The notes under the pieces are model-generated. The model was not told the origin of the DNA. It did no database searches and worked only from the letters and a program-made list of their open reading frames with translations. A stretch of 64,000 nt of DNA from Bacilli bacterium (lineage in GTDB: Bacteria > Bacillota_I > Bacilli_A > RF39 > UBA660): contig JAFWEE010000010.1 in the NCBI GenBank assembly GCA_017515795.1, positions 8,144 to 72,143 of the forward strand, given 5' to 3'. Below, one piece after another: positions 17,223-27,608 of this stretch. Numbering within the stretch: position 1 is the first letter of the stretch; each line of letters starts with the position of its first letter. A program made the position numbers and the translations under genes.

Positions 17223-18714
17223 GATACTATTATATGCTTTATTAGCAATCATAATAGTATTAAATATACTTATTATATTTGAAATAGATTGGGTTCAAAA
17301 AAATGTAGGATTTGTTTCTTTTGATGAAATTATATTTCATTTAAGAGTACCTCTAAAAGGAACAAGTTCTGATATAGTAAAAGATAATATTATTAAATGC
17401 TTTTTACCAACATTTATTATTTCTGGAGTAATATTATTTTTACTATATAAAATAAATAGATACAAATCTTATATATATATTAGTTTTAAAAAGAAGGAAT
17501 ATAAATTAAGAATAAAATATATATTCTTAGTAGGATGTCTTATATTAAGTACAGTATTCCTTAGTATTAGAATATCTTATATAGATGAGATGTTTAATGT
17601 TAGTTCATATCTAAAAGCAAGAAGTGAACAATCAGATTTCTTTGAAAAAAATTATGTAGATCCAAGAAATATAAAACTTGAATTTCCAGAAGAAAAAAGA
17701 AATCTAATATATATTTATATTGAATCAATGGAATCAAGTTTCCAAGATGTTAATTTAGATGGTGAAGATATTAATATTATTCCAAAATTAACTGAATTAG
17801 CAAAAGATAATATTAATTTTTCAGATACTGATGATGTTGGTGGATTTTATAATATGTTTGGAACAAACTGGACAGCTAGTGCTATGATTGCACAATCTAT
17901 GGGAATTCATTATAATACACCAATACAAGATAACAAATACGTTGAATATAATTCTGTTATGGCTTCACTAACAAATATTGGTGATATTTTAAAAGACAAT
18001 GGATATTATCAAGAAATAATAATGGGCTCTGATTCATCCTTTGCAGCTAAAAATGTTTTTTTTGAAAAACATGGAAAATTTGTAATTAAAGATTTAAATT
18101 CTTTAAAAAAAGAAAAAATAATTACAAAAGATTATGATGTTAACTGGGGATTTGAAGATAGTATTTTATTTAATTATGCAAAGGATGAATTAAAAAAAAT
18201 ATCTGAAAAAGATGAACCATTCAATTTGACTTTATTAACAAGTAATTCTCATTTCCCAGATGGATATGTAGAAGATGATTGTGATACTATTAGTGATAAT
18301 AATAGTTATGCTAACAGTGTATATTGTTCACAACAACAATTATATGATTTTGTTTCATGGATTAAAAAACAAGACTTTTATGAAAATACAACTGTTATTT
18401 TGGTTGGTGATCATTTAACTATGGCAAGCAACGATATGCTTAAAGAAAAATATGAAGATAGAAGAGTCTATAATGCAATTATTAATTCAGCTACAACTTC
18501 AGATACTTATAAAAACAGAAAATTTACTGCATTTGATATGTTTCCAACAACTCTAGCTAGTATGGGAGTAAAAATTGAAAACAATAAACTTGGTTTAGGT
18601 GTAAATCTATTTAGTGATAAAAAAACATTACTTGAAAAAAATGATTATGACTATGTATATACAGAGTTATCTAAAAAATCTGATTATTATGAGAAAATTA
18701 TCTATAATAATTAG
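17197..18714 (+). CDS. LTA synthase/sulfatase-family membrane protein
   Basis: GTG start 8 nt after GAGGT. Three TM helices, then a sulfatase-type domain (IYIYIESMESSF, GTNWTASA, LVGDHL). Confidence 0.8.
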   Translation: MKNLKKISKILLYALLAIIIVLNILIIFEIDWVQKNVGFVSFDEIIFHLRVPLKGTSSDIVKDNIIKCFLPTFIISGVILFLLYKINRYKSYIYISFKKKEYKLRIKYIFLVGCLILSTVFLSIRISYIDEMFNVSSYLKARSEQSDFFEKNYVDPRNIKLEFPEEKRNLIYIYIESMESSFQDVNLDGEDINIIPKLTELAKDNINFSDTDDVGGFYNMFGTNWTASAMIAQSMGIHYNTPIQDNKYVEYNSVMASLTNIGDILKDNGYYQEIIMGSDSSFAAKNVFFEKHGKFVIKDLNSLKKEKIITKDYDVNWGFEDSILFNYAKDELKKISEKDEPFNLTLLTSNSHFPDGYVEDDCDTISDNNSYANSVYCSQQQLYDFVSWIKKQDFYENTTVILVGDHLTMASNDMLKEKYEDRRVYNAIINSATTSDTYKNRKFTAFDMFPTTLASMGVKIENNKLGLGVNLFSDKKTLLEKNDYDYVYTELSKKSDYYEKIIYNN

Positions 18715-18733
18715 ATTTTTTTCTTTGTAATGT

Positions 18734-18762
18734 TTGACCTAAAGCGTTAATTATTATATAAT
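18734..18762 (+). promoter_or_regulatory. sigma-A type promoter of the glycosyltransferase/wzy/wzx/glf operon
   Basis: TTGACC (18734..18739), a 17-nt spacer, then TATAAT (18757..18762). Confidence 0.5.
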
Positions 18763-18799
18763 ATATATACATAGAACATAGTTAGGGAGGTTATTTGTT

Positions 18800-19588
18800 A
18801 TGAAGAAAATATCAGTAATTGTAGCAACACATAAAAAATATCAAATGCCAACAGATAGTTTATATATTCCAGTACAAGTAGGTGCTGAAGGTAAGGATGA
18901 TTTGGGATACACAAGAGACAATACAGGCGATAATATTTCTACAAAGAATCCTTTTTTTTGTGAACTAACAGGATTATACTGGGCATGGAAAAATCTAGAT
19001 GCAGATTATATTGGACTTGCTCACTATAGAAGACATTTTGGTTTAAAAAAGAAAAAATATAAAAGAGTAGAAGATACTTTGGATCATGTTTTAACTAGAA
19101 AACAAGCTAAAGAATTATTAAAAGATACTGATGTAATACTTCCAAAGAAAAGAAGATATTATATTGAAAATTTATATAATCATTATAAACATACAATGCA
19201 TATTGAAACTCTTGATGAAACAAGAAATATAATTGAAGAAAAATATCCTGAATATTTACCAGAGTTTGATAAGTTACATAAAAGAACTTCAATGCATGCA
19301 TTTAATATGATGATTATGAAAAGAGATATATTAGATGGTTATTGCAAATGGTTATTTGATATATTATTTGAATTAGAAAAAAGAATAGATGCTACTAAAT
19401 ATGATGCATTCCATGCAAGATTCTATGGAAGAGTATCTGAGAGACTTTTAGATGTTTATTTAAATACAAATAATATTAAATATAAAGAAATACCATTTAT
19501 TGAAGTAGAACATATAAATTGGATAAAGAAAGGATTTGGCTTCTTATTTGCTAAATTTTTTGGTAAGAAATATGGAAAAAGCTGTTAA
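18800..19588 (+). CDS. DUF4422-family glycosyltransferase (candidate galactofuranosyltransferase)
   Basis: ISVIVATHKKYQMP...YIPVQVGAEGK...LGYTRDNTGDNISTKNPFFCELTGLYWAWKN is the characteristic DUF4422 N-terminus. Confidence 0.8.
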   Translation: MKKISVIVATHKKYQMPTDSLYIPVQVGAEGKDDLGYTRDNTGDNISTKNPFFCELTGLYWAWKNLDADYIGLAHYRRHFGLKKKKYKRVEDTLDHVLTRKQAKELLKDTDVILPKKRRYYIENLYNHYKHTMHIETLDETRNIIEEKYPEYLPEFDKLHKRTSMHAFNMMIMKRDILDGYCKWLFDILFELEKRIDATKYDAFHARFYGRVSERLLDVYLNTNNIKYKEIPFIEVEHINWIKKGFGFLFAKFFGKKYGKSC

Positions 19589-20561
19589 ACCATTAATTTC
19601 AATAATTATTCCAGCATATAATGTTGAAAAGTATATAGATAGATGTATTGAAAGTATTGTTTCTCAAACATATAACAATATTGAAGTTATTGTTGTGGAT
19701 GATGGTTCAACTGATAAAACATTAGATAAACTAAATGAATGGTCAAAAAAAGATAGTAGAGTTAAAATAATACCTAAAAAAAATGGTGGCGTTTCTTCTG
19801 CTAGAAATGTAGGACTTGATAAAGCTACTGGAGAATATGTATCATTTGTAGACTCAGATGATTTTATTGCAGATACTTACTGCGAAGATATGCTTAATAC
19901 TTTATTAAGTAATAATGCAGATTATATTTCATGCGGATACAATAGAGTATACCAAGATGGGCATTTTGAAACATTTAATGCAGATAATGAATTAAAAATA
20001 ATTGATTCTAAAGAATTTTTTAATAATGTATTAGATGTTATGCCTGGATATGGTTTTGTTCATATGAAAATGGTTAGAAGAAATCTAATTGGAGACATTA
20101 GATTTAATGAAAAACTAAAAGCAGGTGAAGATGCATTATTTAATGCTGAACTATGTGATAAGATAGGCAAAATAGTAATATATAATAAACCATTATATAA
20201 TTATTATTTTAATGAGAATTCTATAGTTAGAAAATATGATGAAAACTATGTTAATAAATATTATGATTCAATGAAGGCTATGTATGATTATATAGGATCT
20301 GGTAATAAGAAAGTATATAGTTATATAGCATTCCATGTATTATTAATATGTGTTAATTATTGTTATCATCCAAAGAATGAAAATCAAAAGAAGTCTTTAA
20401 AAGAAGTATGTAATATACCTTTATTTAAAGAATCTATTAAAAAGACTAATGGTAATAATTGGTCTATATTTAGAAAAGTAACTTTATATACATTAAAGTA
20501 TAAGTTATATTTTATGACTGCAATGATTTGTAAGTTTAGACAAAGACAGTTTAAGAAATAG
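19572..20561 (+). CDS. family 2 glycosyltransferase
   Basis: ISIIIPAYNVEKYIDRCIESI, VVDDGSTD and FVDSDD (DXD). The track start at 19536 overlaps the previous gene, so the ATG at 19572 is preferred. Confidence 0.85.
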   Translation: MEKAVKPLISIIIPAYNVEKYIDRCIESIVSQTYNNIEVIVVDDGSTDKTLDKLNEWSKKDSRVKIIPKKNGGVSSARNVGLDKATGEYVSFVDSDDFIADTYCEDMLNTLLSNNADYISCGYNRVYQDGHFETFNADNELKIIDSKEFFNNVLDVMPGYGFVHMKMVRRNLIGDIRFNEKLKAGEDALFNAELCDKIGKIVIYNKPLYNYYFNENSIVRKYDENYVNKYYDSMKAMYDYIGSGNKKVYSYIAFHVLLICVNYCYHPKNENQKKSLKEVCNIPLFKESIKKTNGNNWSIFRKVTLYTLKYKLYFMTAMICKFRQRQFKK

Positions 20562-20572
20562 GAGTGAGTGCT

Positions 20573-21688
20573 TTGAAAAGAATATTGGTTGGATATGCAA
20601 CAAATGGAAATAATAGTGGTATCAATAAGTATTTATTTAACTTTATTAAGCAAGTTAAAGCAAATAATGATATTAAGATAGATGTATTAAGTTCAGATGT
20701 TGGAAATGTCCTTAAATTAAAAATGAAAGAACTTAATTGTACTTTATATGAGATACCTAGTTTAAAACATCCAATCAAAAGATATAAAGCAATCTGTGAA
20801 ATAATTAATAAAAATAAATATGATATTACATATAGTAATATCTCAGAATCATTTAATTGTTGTTTAGATATGGCTGCTAGAAAATGTAAGGTTCCAAGAA
20901 TAGTAGTACATAGTCATTCTACTAAACCATCTGGACAAAGTGCTTTAGTTAGAAAGGTTAGAACAGTTATTAATAATATCTTTAAAAGAAAACTTCATAA
21001 ATGCTGTACGGAATTTGTTGCATGTTCTAAAGAAGCAGGTGAGTGGTTATTCTTAAATAAAGATGTTAATTCTAAAAAGTTTCATGTAATTAATAATACT
21101 ATTGAATTTAAAGATTATTATTATGATGAAAAGAAAAGAAAGAAATTTAGAGAAGAATATAAAATATCAAATAATGATATAGTTCTTGGTAATATAGGAA
21201 ATTTTGAATATCAAAAGAATCAAATGTTCTTATTAAAAATGTTAAAAGAATTATTAAATGAAAATAATAATTATAAATTAATGCTTATTGGAACTGGTTC
21301 TCAAAAAGATGAATTTAAAGAATATATAAAAGAAAATAATATGAAAGATAAAGTAATATTTACCGGAGTTATTAATAATGTGCATGAAGTATTAAATGCA
21401 ATGGATGTATTCTTATTTCCATCTATGTTTGAAGGATTTGGAATAGTAGCATTAGAAGCTCAAGTAAATGGACTTCCAACTGTTATTAGTGAATATGTTC
21501 CAAAGATGGTAAAAGTTAGCAAAGAAGTATATCAATTACCACTAGATATGAATAAGTGGATGAAGAAAACAAAAGAACTTGCTAAGTTAGAAAGAACTAA
21601 AGCAAATTTAAATGAAGATGCATATCAATATGACAATTCAAATATTGAACAATTTAAATATATTATAGGAGATGATAAAAATGAGTAA
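20573..21688 (+). CDS. family 4 (GT1-clan) glycosyltransferase, EpsF-like
   Basis: C-terminal FLFPSMFEGFGIVALEAQVNGLP (the E-x7-E region). The TTG at 20573 lies 8 nt after AGGAG, whereas the track GTG at 20564 overlaps the RBS. Confidence 0.8.
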   Translation: MKRILVGYATNGNNSGINKYLFNFIKQVKANNDIKIDVLSSDVGNVLKLKMKELNCTLYEIPSLKHPIKRYKAICEIINKNKYDITYSNISESFNCCLDMAARKCKVPRIVVHSHSTKPSGQSALVRKVRTVINNIFKRKLHKCCTEFVACSKEAGEWLFLNKDVNSKKFHVINNTIEFKDYYYDEKKRKKFREEYKISNNDIVLGNIGNFEYQKNQMFLLKMLKELLNENNNYKLMLIGTGSQKDEFKEYIKENNMKDKVIFTGVINNVHEVLNAMDVFLFPSMFEGFGIVALEAQVNGLPTVISEYVPKMVKVSKEVYQLPLDMNKWMKKTKELAKLERTKANLNEDAYQYDNSNIEQFKYIIGDDKNE

Positions 21689-22676
21689 AAAAATACTTTC
21701 TGTATCTGTTGCTTCTTATAACGTTGAAAAGTTTATAGAAACAGCATTAGATTCATATGTAAATTGTAAATGTAAGGATAAATTAGAAATACTAATAGTT
21801 AATGATGGTTCAACTGATAGTACTGCTGATATTGTTACTAAATATAGTAAGAAATATCCAGGTATTATTAATTTAGTTAATCAAAAGAATGCTGGACCTG
21901 GATCTACTGTTAATACAGGATTAAAGAATGCTACTGGTAAGTATTTTAGAATGATTGATGGTGATGACTGGGTTAATACTAAAGATATGGATAGTTATAT
22001 TGAATATCTTGAAAATAATGATGTAGATATGGTTATAACTAACTATACTAAAGTAGATGATAAGTCTGGTAAAGAAGAAAAACAAAAGTTAAATATTGAA
22101 GTTCCATATAATAAAATAATGGACTTTGATGATATATGTAATGATTTACATCTAGATATGCATAATGTTACATATAGAACTGATTTAGTTAAAGGAAAAC
22201 TTAAAATAGATAATTGTTTCTATACTGATACTGAATATCTATTATTTCCTACAGAATATGTAAAAGATGTTGTATTCTTAGAAAACTATATTTATATGTA
22301 TAGAGTTTCACTAGATACACAAAGTGTAAATATAAATAGTTTACAAAAACATTGTGATATGCATGAAATGGTTTTAGATCATTTAATGACTTTCTTTAAA
22401 AACAATAAGAAATCATTTAGTGAATCTAGAACAAATTATGTTGCAAGAAGAATAGCTAATATGGTAGGTACTCAATTATATATTTATTTATCATATGAAG
22501 CTAGTGATGAATATAAAAATAAGATTAAACAAATGTTGGAAAATTTAAAAATTAATAATGAAGAAATATATAAAATAATTGGTAAAACTAAAACTGTTAA
22601 GTTGTTATCTTTAACAAGATATGCAGCTTATAAATTATTAAGTAAGAAAGTTAGAAAAGAAAAACAAAAACAATAA
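21681..22676 (+). CDS. family 2 glycosyltransferase
   Basis: LSVSVASYNVEKFIETALDS, IVNDGSTDST and MIDGDD. The ATG at 21681 lies 9 nt after AGGAG. Confidence 0.85.
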   Translation: MSKKILSVSVASYNVEKFIETALDSYVNCKCKDKLEILIVNDGSTDSTADIVTKYSKKYPGIINLVNQKNAGPGSTVNTGLKNATGKYFRMIDGDDWVNTKDMDSYIEYLENNDVDMVITNYTKVDDKSGKEEKQKLNIEVPYNKIMDFDDICNDLHLDMHNVTYRTDLVKGKLKIDNCFYTDTEYLLFPTEYVKDVVFLENYIYMYRVSLDTQSVNINSLQKHCDMHEMVLDHLMTFFKNNKKSFSESRTNYVARRIANMVGTQLYIYLSYEASDEYKNKIKQMLENLKINNEEIYKIIGKTKTVKLLSLTRYAAYKLLSKKVRKEKQKQ

Positions 22677-22687
22677 GGAGGAAGAAA

Positions 22688-24058
22688 ATGATAAGTTATA
22701 TTATACTAATTTGTCTGATTACATTTTTATTAATTTTATCATTTTTCTTATTTAGGAGAGACTATTTATCTCCTTCCTTTTTATCTTGTGGAATGTTTGA
22801 TATATGTGCTATTTTAGCAGTAATTGGTAAGAATAGTTGGAATAACGAAATTAAATTATCAATTAATACTATAGCAATAATTATTATTGGTTTAAGCGCA
22901 TTTATTCTTGGAGAATTCCTTTTAAAAAGATATATGCAAAATAAACCTAAAACTGATAAAGTAAGTCAATTAAATGTTATTAAAGTTAGTACATTAAAAT
23001 ATGTATTATTATTTACATTTGTAATTACAACTGTTTTATTAGTATATTTTGAAATAAGAAGAATATGTATTCATTATGATTTTACTTCTAGATGGCTTCC
23101 AGATATGTTAAGTTTTTATAGACAAAAATCTATTTTATATGACAATATTTTAATGAGGGATGGAACAGATATTAATTTTATAGTTAAACAAATGCAAAAA
23201 TTCTGTTCAATTATTTGTTGTTTTGGAATATTTATTTTTATTAATAATTTCTTTGCTCATGATAAGAGGAGAAACTATGTTAAATTATTAGCATTAATAA
23301 TTTTATGTTTCTTAGCTTCTTTATTAAGTTCTGGAAGAGCTATATTAATGCAATATTTTATTTTTTCTGTATTTCTTTTTATGTATTATTACAAAGCATA
23401 TTCAAAGAAAAAAAATTATAAAAAAATGATAATTTATTTAGCATTATTCTTTGTATTTATAACATCAGTTTTCTATTTTATTGCACCACTTGTTGGACGC
23501 GGTACAAGAAATAATATAGTAAATTATGTTTCATTCTATTTTGGAACTTCAATTCCTTCATTAAATAGATTTGTTGTTAATATACCTAAACATGATAAGT
23601 ATATTGGTAATGAAACCTTTAGTGGAGTATACGAATCACTAAATAGATATAATGTGATAAATTATGAACGTGATAGTGCTTATGGATGGCAAATGTTTGG
23701 AGAACAAGGAAGTAACATTTATACCTCCTTTAGATCTTATTATTTTGATTTTGGAATAATTGGTATTTTTGTATTCCCATTTATATTTGGTTTCTTAATT
23801 AATTGGTTTTATAAGAAAGCAAAAAGAAATTATTTTTGGTTAATTATATATTCATATTATTCATATATATTTATTGAACAAATAAGAGCAGAACAATTCT
23901 TTAGATTATTATCAAGTACAACAGTATCTTATGTATTATATTTTGCAATGGTATATATATTCTTATTCTATCTTACAAAAGAAAGATATCTTGATATTAA
24001 AAAAGAAGGAATCAAAAGTGCGCTTCTTATGAAGATCACTCCGATTGAGGAGATGTAA
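22688..24058 (+). CDS. wzy: oligosaccharide repeat-unit polymerase (Wzy-like)
   Basis: 456-aa protein with 10 or more TM helices, placed between the glycosyltransferases and the flippase. The assignment rests on topology and context, not on sequence motifs. Confidence 0.6.
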   Translation: MISYIILICLITFLLILSFFLFRRDYLSPSFLSCGMFDICAILAVIGKNSWNNEIKLSINTIAIIIIGLSAFILGEFLLKRYMQNKPKTDKVSQLNVIKVSTLKYVLLFTFVITTVLLVYFEIRRICIHYDFTSRWLPDMLSFYRQKSILYDNILMRDGTDINFIVKQMQKFCSIICCFGIFIFINNFFAHDKRRNYVKLLALIILCFLASLLSSGRAILMQYFIFSVFLFMYYYKAYSKKKNYKKMIIYLALFFVFITSVFYFIAPLVGRGTRNNIVNYVSFYFGTSIPSLNRFVVNIPKHDKYIGNETFSGVYESLNRYNVINYERDSAYGWQMFGEQGSNIYTSFRSYYFDFGIIGIFVFPFIFGFLINWFYKKAKRNYFWLIIYSYYSYIFIEQIRAEQFFRLLSSTTVSYVLYFAMVYIFLFYLTKERYLDIKKEGIKSALLMKITPIEEM

Positions 24059-24060
24059 TT

Positions 24061-25509
24061 ATGAAGAAGAAATCAGTTAGAAAAAATTATTTTTATAATT
24101 TAATATATCAATTATTTGTTCTGATATTGCCAATTGTAACAACTCCATATGTATCAAGAATATTGGGAGCAAAGAATATAGGAATATATGGATATACATT
24201 ATCTATATCTGCATATTTTGTATTATTTGGTGTTCTTGGTACAAATTTATATGGGCAAAGAGAAATAGCATATTATCAAAAGGATAAGAAAAAATATACA
24301 AAGATATTTTATGAAATTCTTTTATTAAAATTAATTGTTATGGCTTTAGCAATGGGAGTATTTTATATTACTTTTGCTAAGGGAAGTGGTGGATATACAT
24401 TATTTTATAAAATATTGATGCTTGAATTATTTGCAAATGGAATAGATGTTAGTTGGTTTTTTCAAGGACTTGAAGATTTTAAAAAGACATCTATTAGAAA
24501 TTTTATAGTTAAGATAATAAGTATTATTTTAATATTTGTATTAGTTAAAGAAAAAAGTGATTTAAATTTATATTTTATTATATATGTTTTATCAATTCTT
24601 GTTGGTAATTTATCTCTTTGGATAAGCTTACCTAAGTATTTAGATAAATTAAATTTAAAAGAATTAAAAATATTTAACCATTTTATTCCAACGTTTATTA
24701 TGTTTGTTCCACAGGCTGCTATTCAAGTATATACAGTACTTGATAGAACTATGATTGGTAAGATTATTCATGATAAGACTGAGGTTGGGTATTATACTCA
24801 AGCAGAAAAAATAGTAAAATTATTGCTTACTATTGTTTCATCTCTTGGTATTGTAATGCTTCCTAGATTAGCTAGTAAGTTTGCTGCTGGTGACAATGAA
24901 GGAATAAAGAAATATATTTATAAATCATTTAGATTTACATCTTTATTATCATTTCCAATTATTATGGGTATAGTTGCTTGTTCTGATTATTTTGTTCCAG
25001 TATTCTTTGGAGAAGGGTATGATAGAGTATCAATAGTTATGAAAATGTTGTGTCCAATAATATTATTTATTGGTGTAAGTGGAATAATAGGATATCAATA
25101 TTTTCTTGCAACTAAACATCAAAAAGAATACACTGCATCAGTTATTATTGGATCTATTATTAATTTTATAATAAACATTATTATGATTCCAAAATATGGG
25201 GCAGTAGGAGCTGCAATTGGTACTATTGCTGCCGAATTCTCCGTAGCATTTGTACAGATAATATTAACATGGAAATTCTTAAATTATAAAAGAATTATAT
25301 TAGATAATTTAGCTTATGTTGTTGGTAGTGGAATCATGTATATAGGCTGTATATCAGTTAATAGATATATTCATTATACAAATATGACTAATTTGATTAT
25401 TATAGTATCTACTGGAGTAATAATATATGGATTCTATTTAATAATTATTAGAGATAGTTTTGTATTTGAAGTGATTAATAAAATATTAAGGAAAGTGAGA
25501 AAACAATGA
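24061..25509 (+). CDS. wzx: polysaccharide flippase (MOP/Wzx family)
   Basis: 482 aa with about 12-14 TM helices. N-terminal NLIYQLFVLILPIVTTPYVSRILGAKNIGIYGY is typical of Wzx-type polysaccharide biosynthesis proteins. Confidence 0.85.
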   Translation: MKKKSVRKNYFYNLIYQLFVLILPIVTTPYVSRILGAKNIGIYGYTLSISAYFVLFGVLGTNLYGQREIAYYQKDKKKYTKIFYEILLLKLIVMALAMGVFYITFAKGSGGYTLFYKILMLELFANGIDVSWFFQGLEDFKKTSIRNFIVKIISIILIFVLVKEKSDLNLYFIIYVLSILVGNLSLWISLPKYLDKLNLKELKIFNHFIPTFIMFVPQAAIQVYTVLDRTMIGKIIHDKTEVGYYTQAEKIVKLLLTIVSSLGIVMLPRLASKFAAGDNEGIKKYIYKSFRFTSLLSFPIIMGIVACSDYFVPVFFGEGYDRVSIVMKMLCPIILFIGVSGIIGYQYFLATKHQKEYTASVIIGSIINFIINIIMIPKYGAVGAAIGTIAAEFSVAFVQIILTWKFLNYKRIILDNLAYVVGSGIMYIGCISVNRYIHYTNMTNLIIIVSTGVIIYGFYLIIIRDSFVFEVINKILRKVRKQ

Positions 25510-26465
25510 AAGAAACAATTAAAAAAATTTTAAAAAAGATAGGTTTATATGAAAAGGTAAAATATCAAGTAAAGGATAAAAAGAAAATATCAAAAAAATA
25601 TGTATTTGAAGATAGAAAAAAAGATTATAAAAAGGTTTGTTTTATCCTAGCAGGATATAAAGATTTTGTATATGATCAAGTATTTGGAAGAATAAAAGAA
25701 TTTATTCCAAAAGATGTAGAAGTATGTATTTTATCTAGTGGAAAATATAGTGATTTATTATCTAAAATTGCAAAAGATAATGATTGGTCATATTTATCTA
25801 CATCTATTAATAATGTTTCATTAATTCAAAATGTTGCAAATAAAGTATTTGATAAAGCAGAATATATCTATAAATTAGATGAAGATGTATTTGTTACAAA
25901 GAATTATTTTGATATGCTTTATAAAACATATAAAGAATGTGAAGAAAATGGAGAATATAAAGTTGGTTTTGTTGCTCCAACTATTCCAATAAATGGGTTT
26001 GGCCATATGCTTATTTTAAAAAGATTTAATCTTGAAAAAACATATGAAAAGATGTTTGAAAAACCATTATATGCAGCAGGAGCAGATAGAATGATAGAAA
26101 ATAATCCTGATGTAGCTAAATTTATGTGGGGTTATGAAGATTATTTACCAAATATTGATGAAATAAGTAATACACTTTCAAAAGATAAATTTGAATATGT
26201 TGTTTGTCCAATAAGATTTAGTATTGGAGCAATTCTTTATAAAAGAGAATTATGGGAAGAAATGGGAATGTTTGATGTATCAAAAGGTTCTGGCCTTGGA
26301 TTAGATGAAGAAAATATTTGCTCACTTGCTATAAAAAAATCATATGCTATGATTGTTTCTAAGAATACAGCTGTTGGTCATTTATCATTTGGTACTCAAA
26401 ATGGACCTATGAAAGAATATTTTGAAAATAATAAAGAAGTATTTAATATTCATAAAGTGAAATAG
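25506..26465 (+). CDS. hypothetical cytoplasmic protein, possibly a GT-A-like transferase (DED motif)
   Basis: 319-aa ORF translationally coupled to wzx (ATGA overlap). YKLDEDVFV resembles a DXD motif. No family recognised. Confidence 0.55.
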   Translation: MKETIKKILKKIGLYEKVKYQVKDKKKISKKYVFEDRKKDYKKVCFILAGYKDFVYDQVFGRIKEFIPKDVEVCILSSGKYSDLLSKIAKDNDWSYLSTSINNVSLIQNVANKVFDKAEYIYKLDEDVFVTKNYFDMLYKTYKECEENGEYKVGFVAPTIPINGFGHMLILKRFNLEKTYEKMFEKPLYAAGADRMIENNPDVAKFMWGYEDYLPNIDEISNTLSKDKFEYVVCPIRFSIGAILYKRELWEEMGMFDVSKGSGLGLDEENICSLAIKKSYAMIVSKNTAVGHLSFGTQNGPMKEYFENNKEVFNIHKVK

Positions 26466-26475
26466 GAGGTAATTT

Positions 26476-27573
26476 ATGAAATATGATTATTTAATTGTTG
26501 GAGCAGGATTATTTGGTGCTACATGCGCAAATCTTCTTACTAAAAAGGGTAAAAAGGTTTTAGTAATTGATCGTAGAGATCATATTGCTGGTAATGTTTA
26601 TACTGAAAAAGTAGAAGGCATTAATGTTCATAAATATGGTGCTCATATATTCCATACAGATTATAAAGATGTTTGGGATTACGTTAATTCATTTGTTGAA
26701 TTTAATAGATATACTAATTCACCAATAGCAAGAATTGGTAATGAAGTATATAACATGCCATTTAATATGAATACATTCTCTAAAATATGGGATGATGTAT
26801 TTACTCCAGAAGATGCAATGAGACATATTAATGAAGAAAAGAAAGAAATAACTGGAGAACCAAAGAATCTTGAAGAACAAGCTATTTCATTAGTAGGTAG
26901 ATCTATTTATGAAAAATTAATTAAGGGATATACAGAAAAGCAATGGAATAGAGATTGTAAAGATCTTCCTGCATTTATTATTAAGAGATTACCTGTTAGA
27001 TTAATATATGATAACAATTACTTTAATGATAGATATCAAGGTATTCCAATGGGAGGATATACTCTTTTAGTAGAAAAAATGCTAGAAGGAGTAGAAGTAA
27101 GACTTAATACCAATTTCTTTGATAATAGAGAAGAACTTACTTCATTAGCAGATAAAGTTATTTATACTGGACCTCTAGATGAATTCTTTGATTATTCACT
27201 TGGAAAATTAGAATATAGATCACTTAAGTTTGATACTAAAATACTTGATGAAGTTAATTATCAAGGAAACGCAGTAGTAAATTATACTGGTCATGAAGTC
27301 GATTATACAAGAGTAATTGAACATAAACATTTTGAATTTGATACTACTAGTCCAAAAACTGTAGTAACATTTGAATATCCATCTGACTATGAAGAAGGAA
27401 TGGAAAAGTATTATACAATTAATGATGATAAGAATAATGCTTTAGCAGAAAAGTATAGAGAATTAGCTGCTAAAGAAGAAAATACTATATTTGGTGGTAG
27501 ACTTGCTGAATATAAGTATTATGATATGGATGATGTTATTAAATCAGCTTTTGATTGTATTGAAAAACTATAA
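26476..27573 (+). CDS. glf: UDP-galactopyranose mutase
   Basis: YDYLIVGAGLFGA FAD motif, HKYGAHIFHT, YTEKQW, RYQGIPMGGYT and GGRLAEYKYYDMD. Confidence 0.93.
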   Translation: MKYDYLIVGAGLFGATCANLLTKKGKKVLVIDRRDHIAGNVYTEKVEGINVHKYGAHIFHTDYKDVWDYVNSFVEFNRYTNSPIARIGNEVYNMPFNMNTFSKIWDDVFTPEDAMRHINEEKKEITGEPKNLEEQAISLVGRSIYEKLIKGYTEKQWNRDCKDLPAFIIKRLPVRLIYDNNYFNDRYQGIPMGGYTLLVEKMLEGVEVRLNTNFFDNREELTSLADKVIYTGPLDEFFDYSLGKLEYRSLKFDTKILDEVNYQGNAVVNYTGHEVDYTRVIEHKHFEFDTTSPKTVVTFEYPSDYEEGMEKYYTINDDKNNALAEKYRELAAKEENTIFGGRLAEYKYYDMDDVIKSAFDCIEKL

Positions 27574-27608
27574 TAAAATATTATGTAAAAGTATAATAGG
27601 TGAATAAT

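Noticed and set aside
19107-19301. Antisense 64-aa ORF within the DUF4422 gene
   Set aside because: Embedded antisense in a motif-supported gene, with no RBS.
20551-20778. Antisense 75-aa ORF across the GT2/GT4 junction
   Set aside because: Antisense to two supported glycosyltransferase genes. No RBS or terminator.
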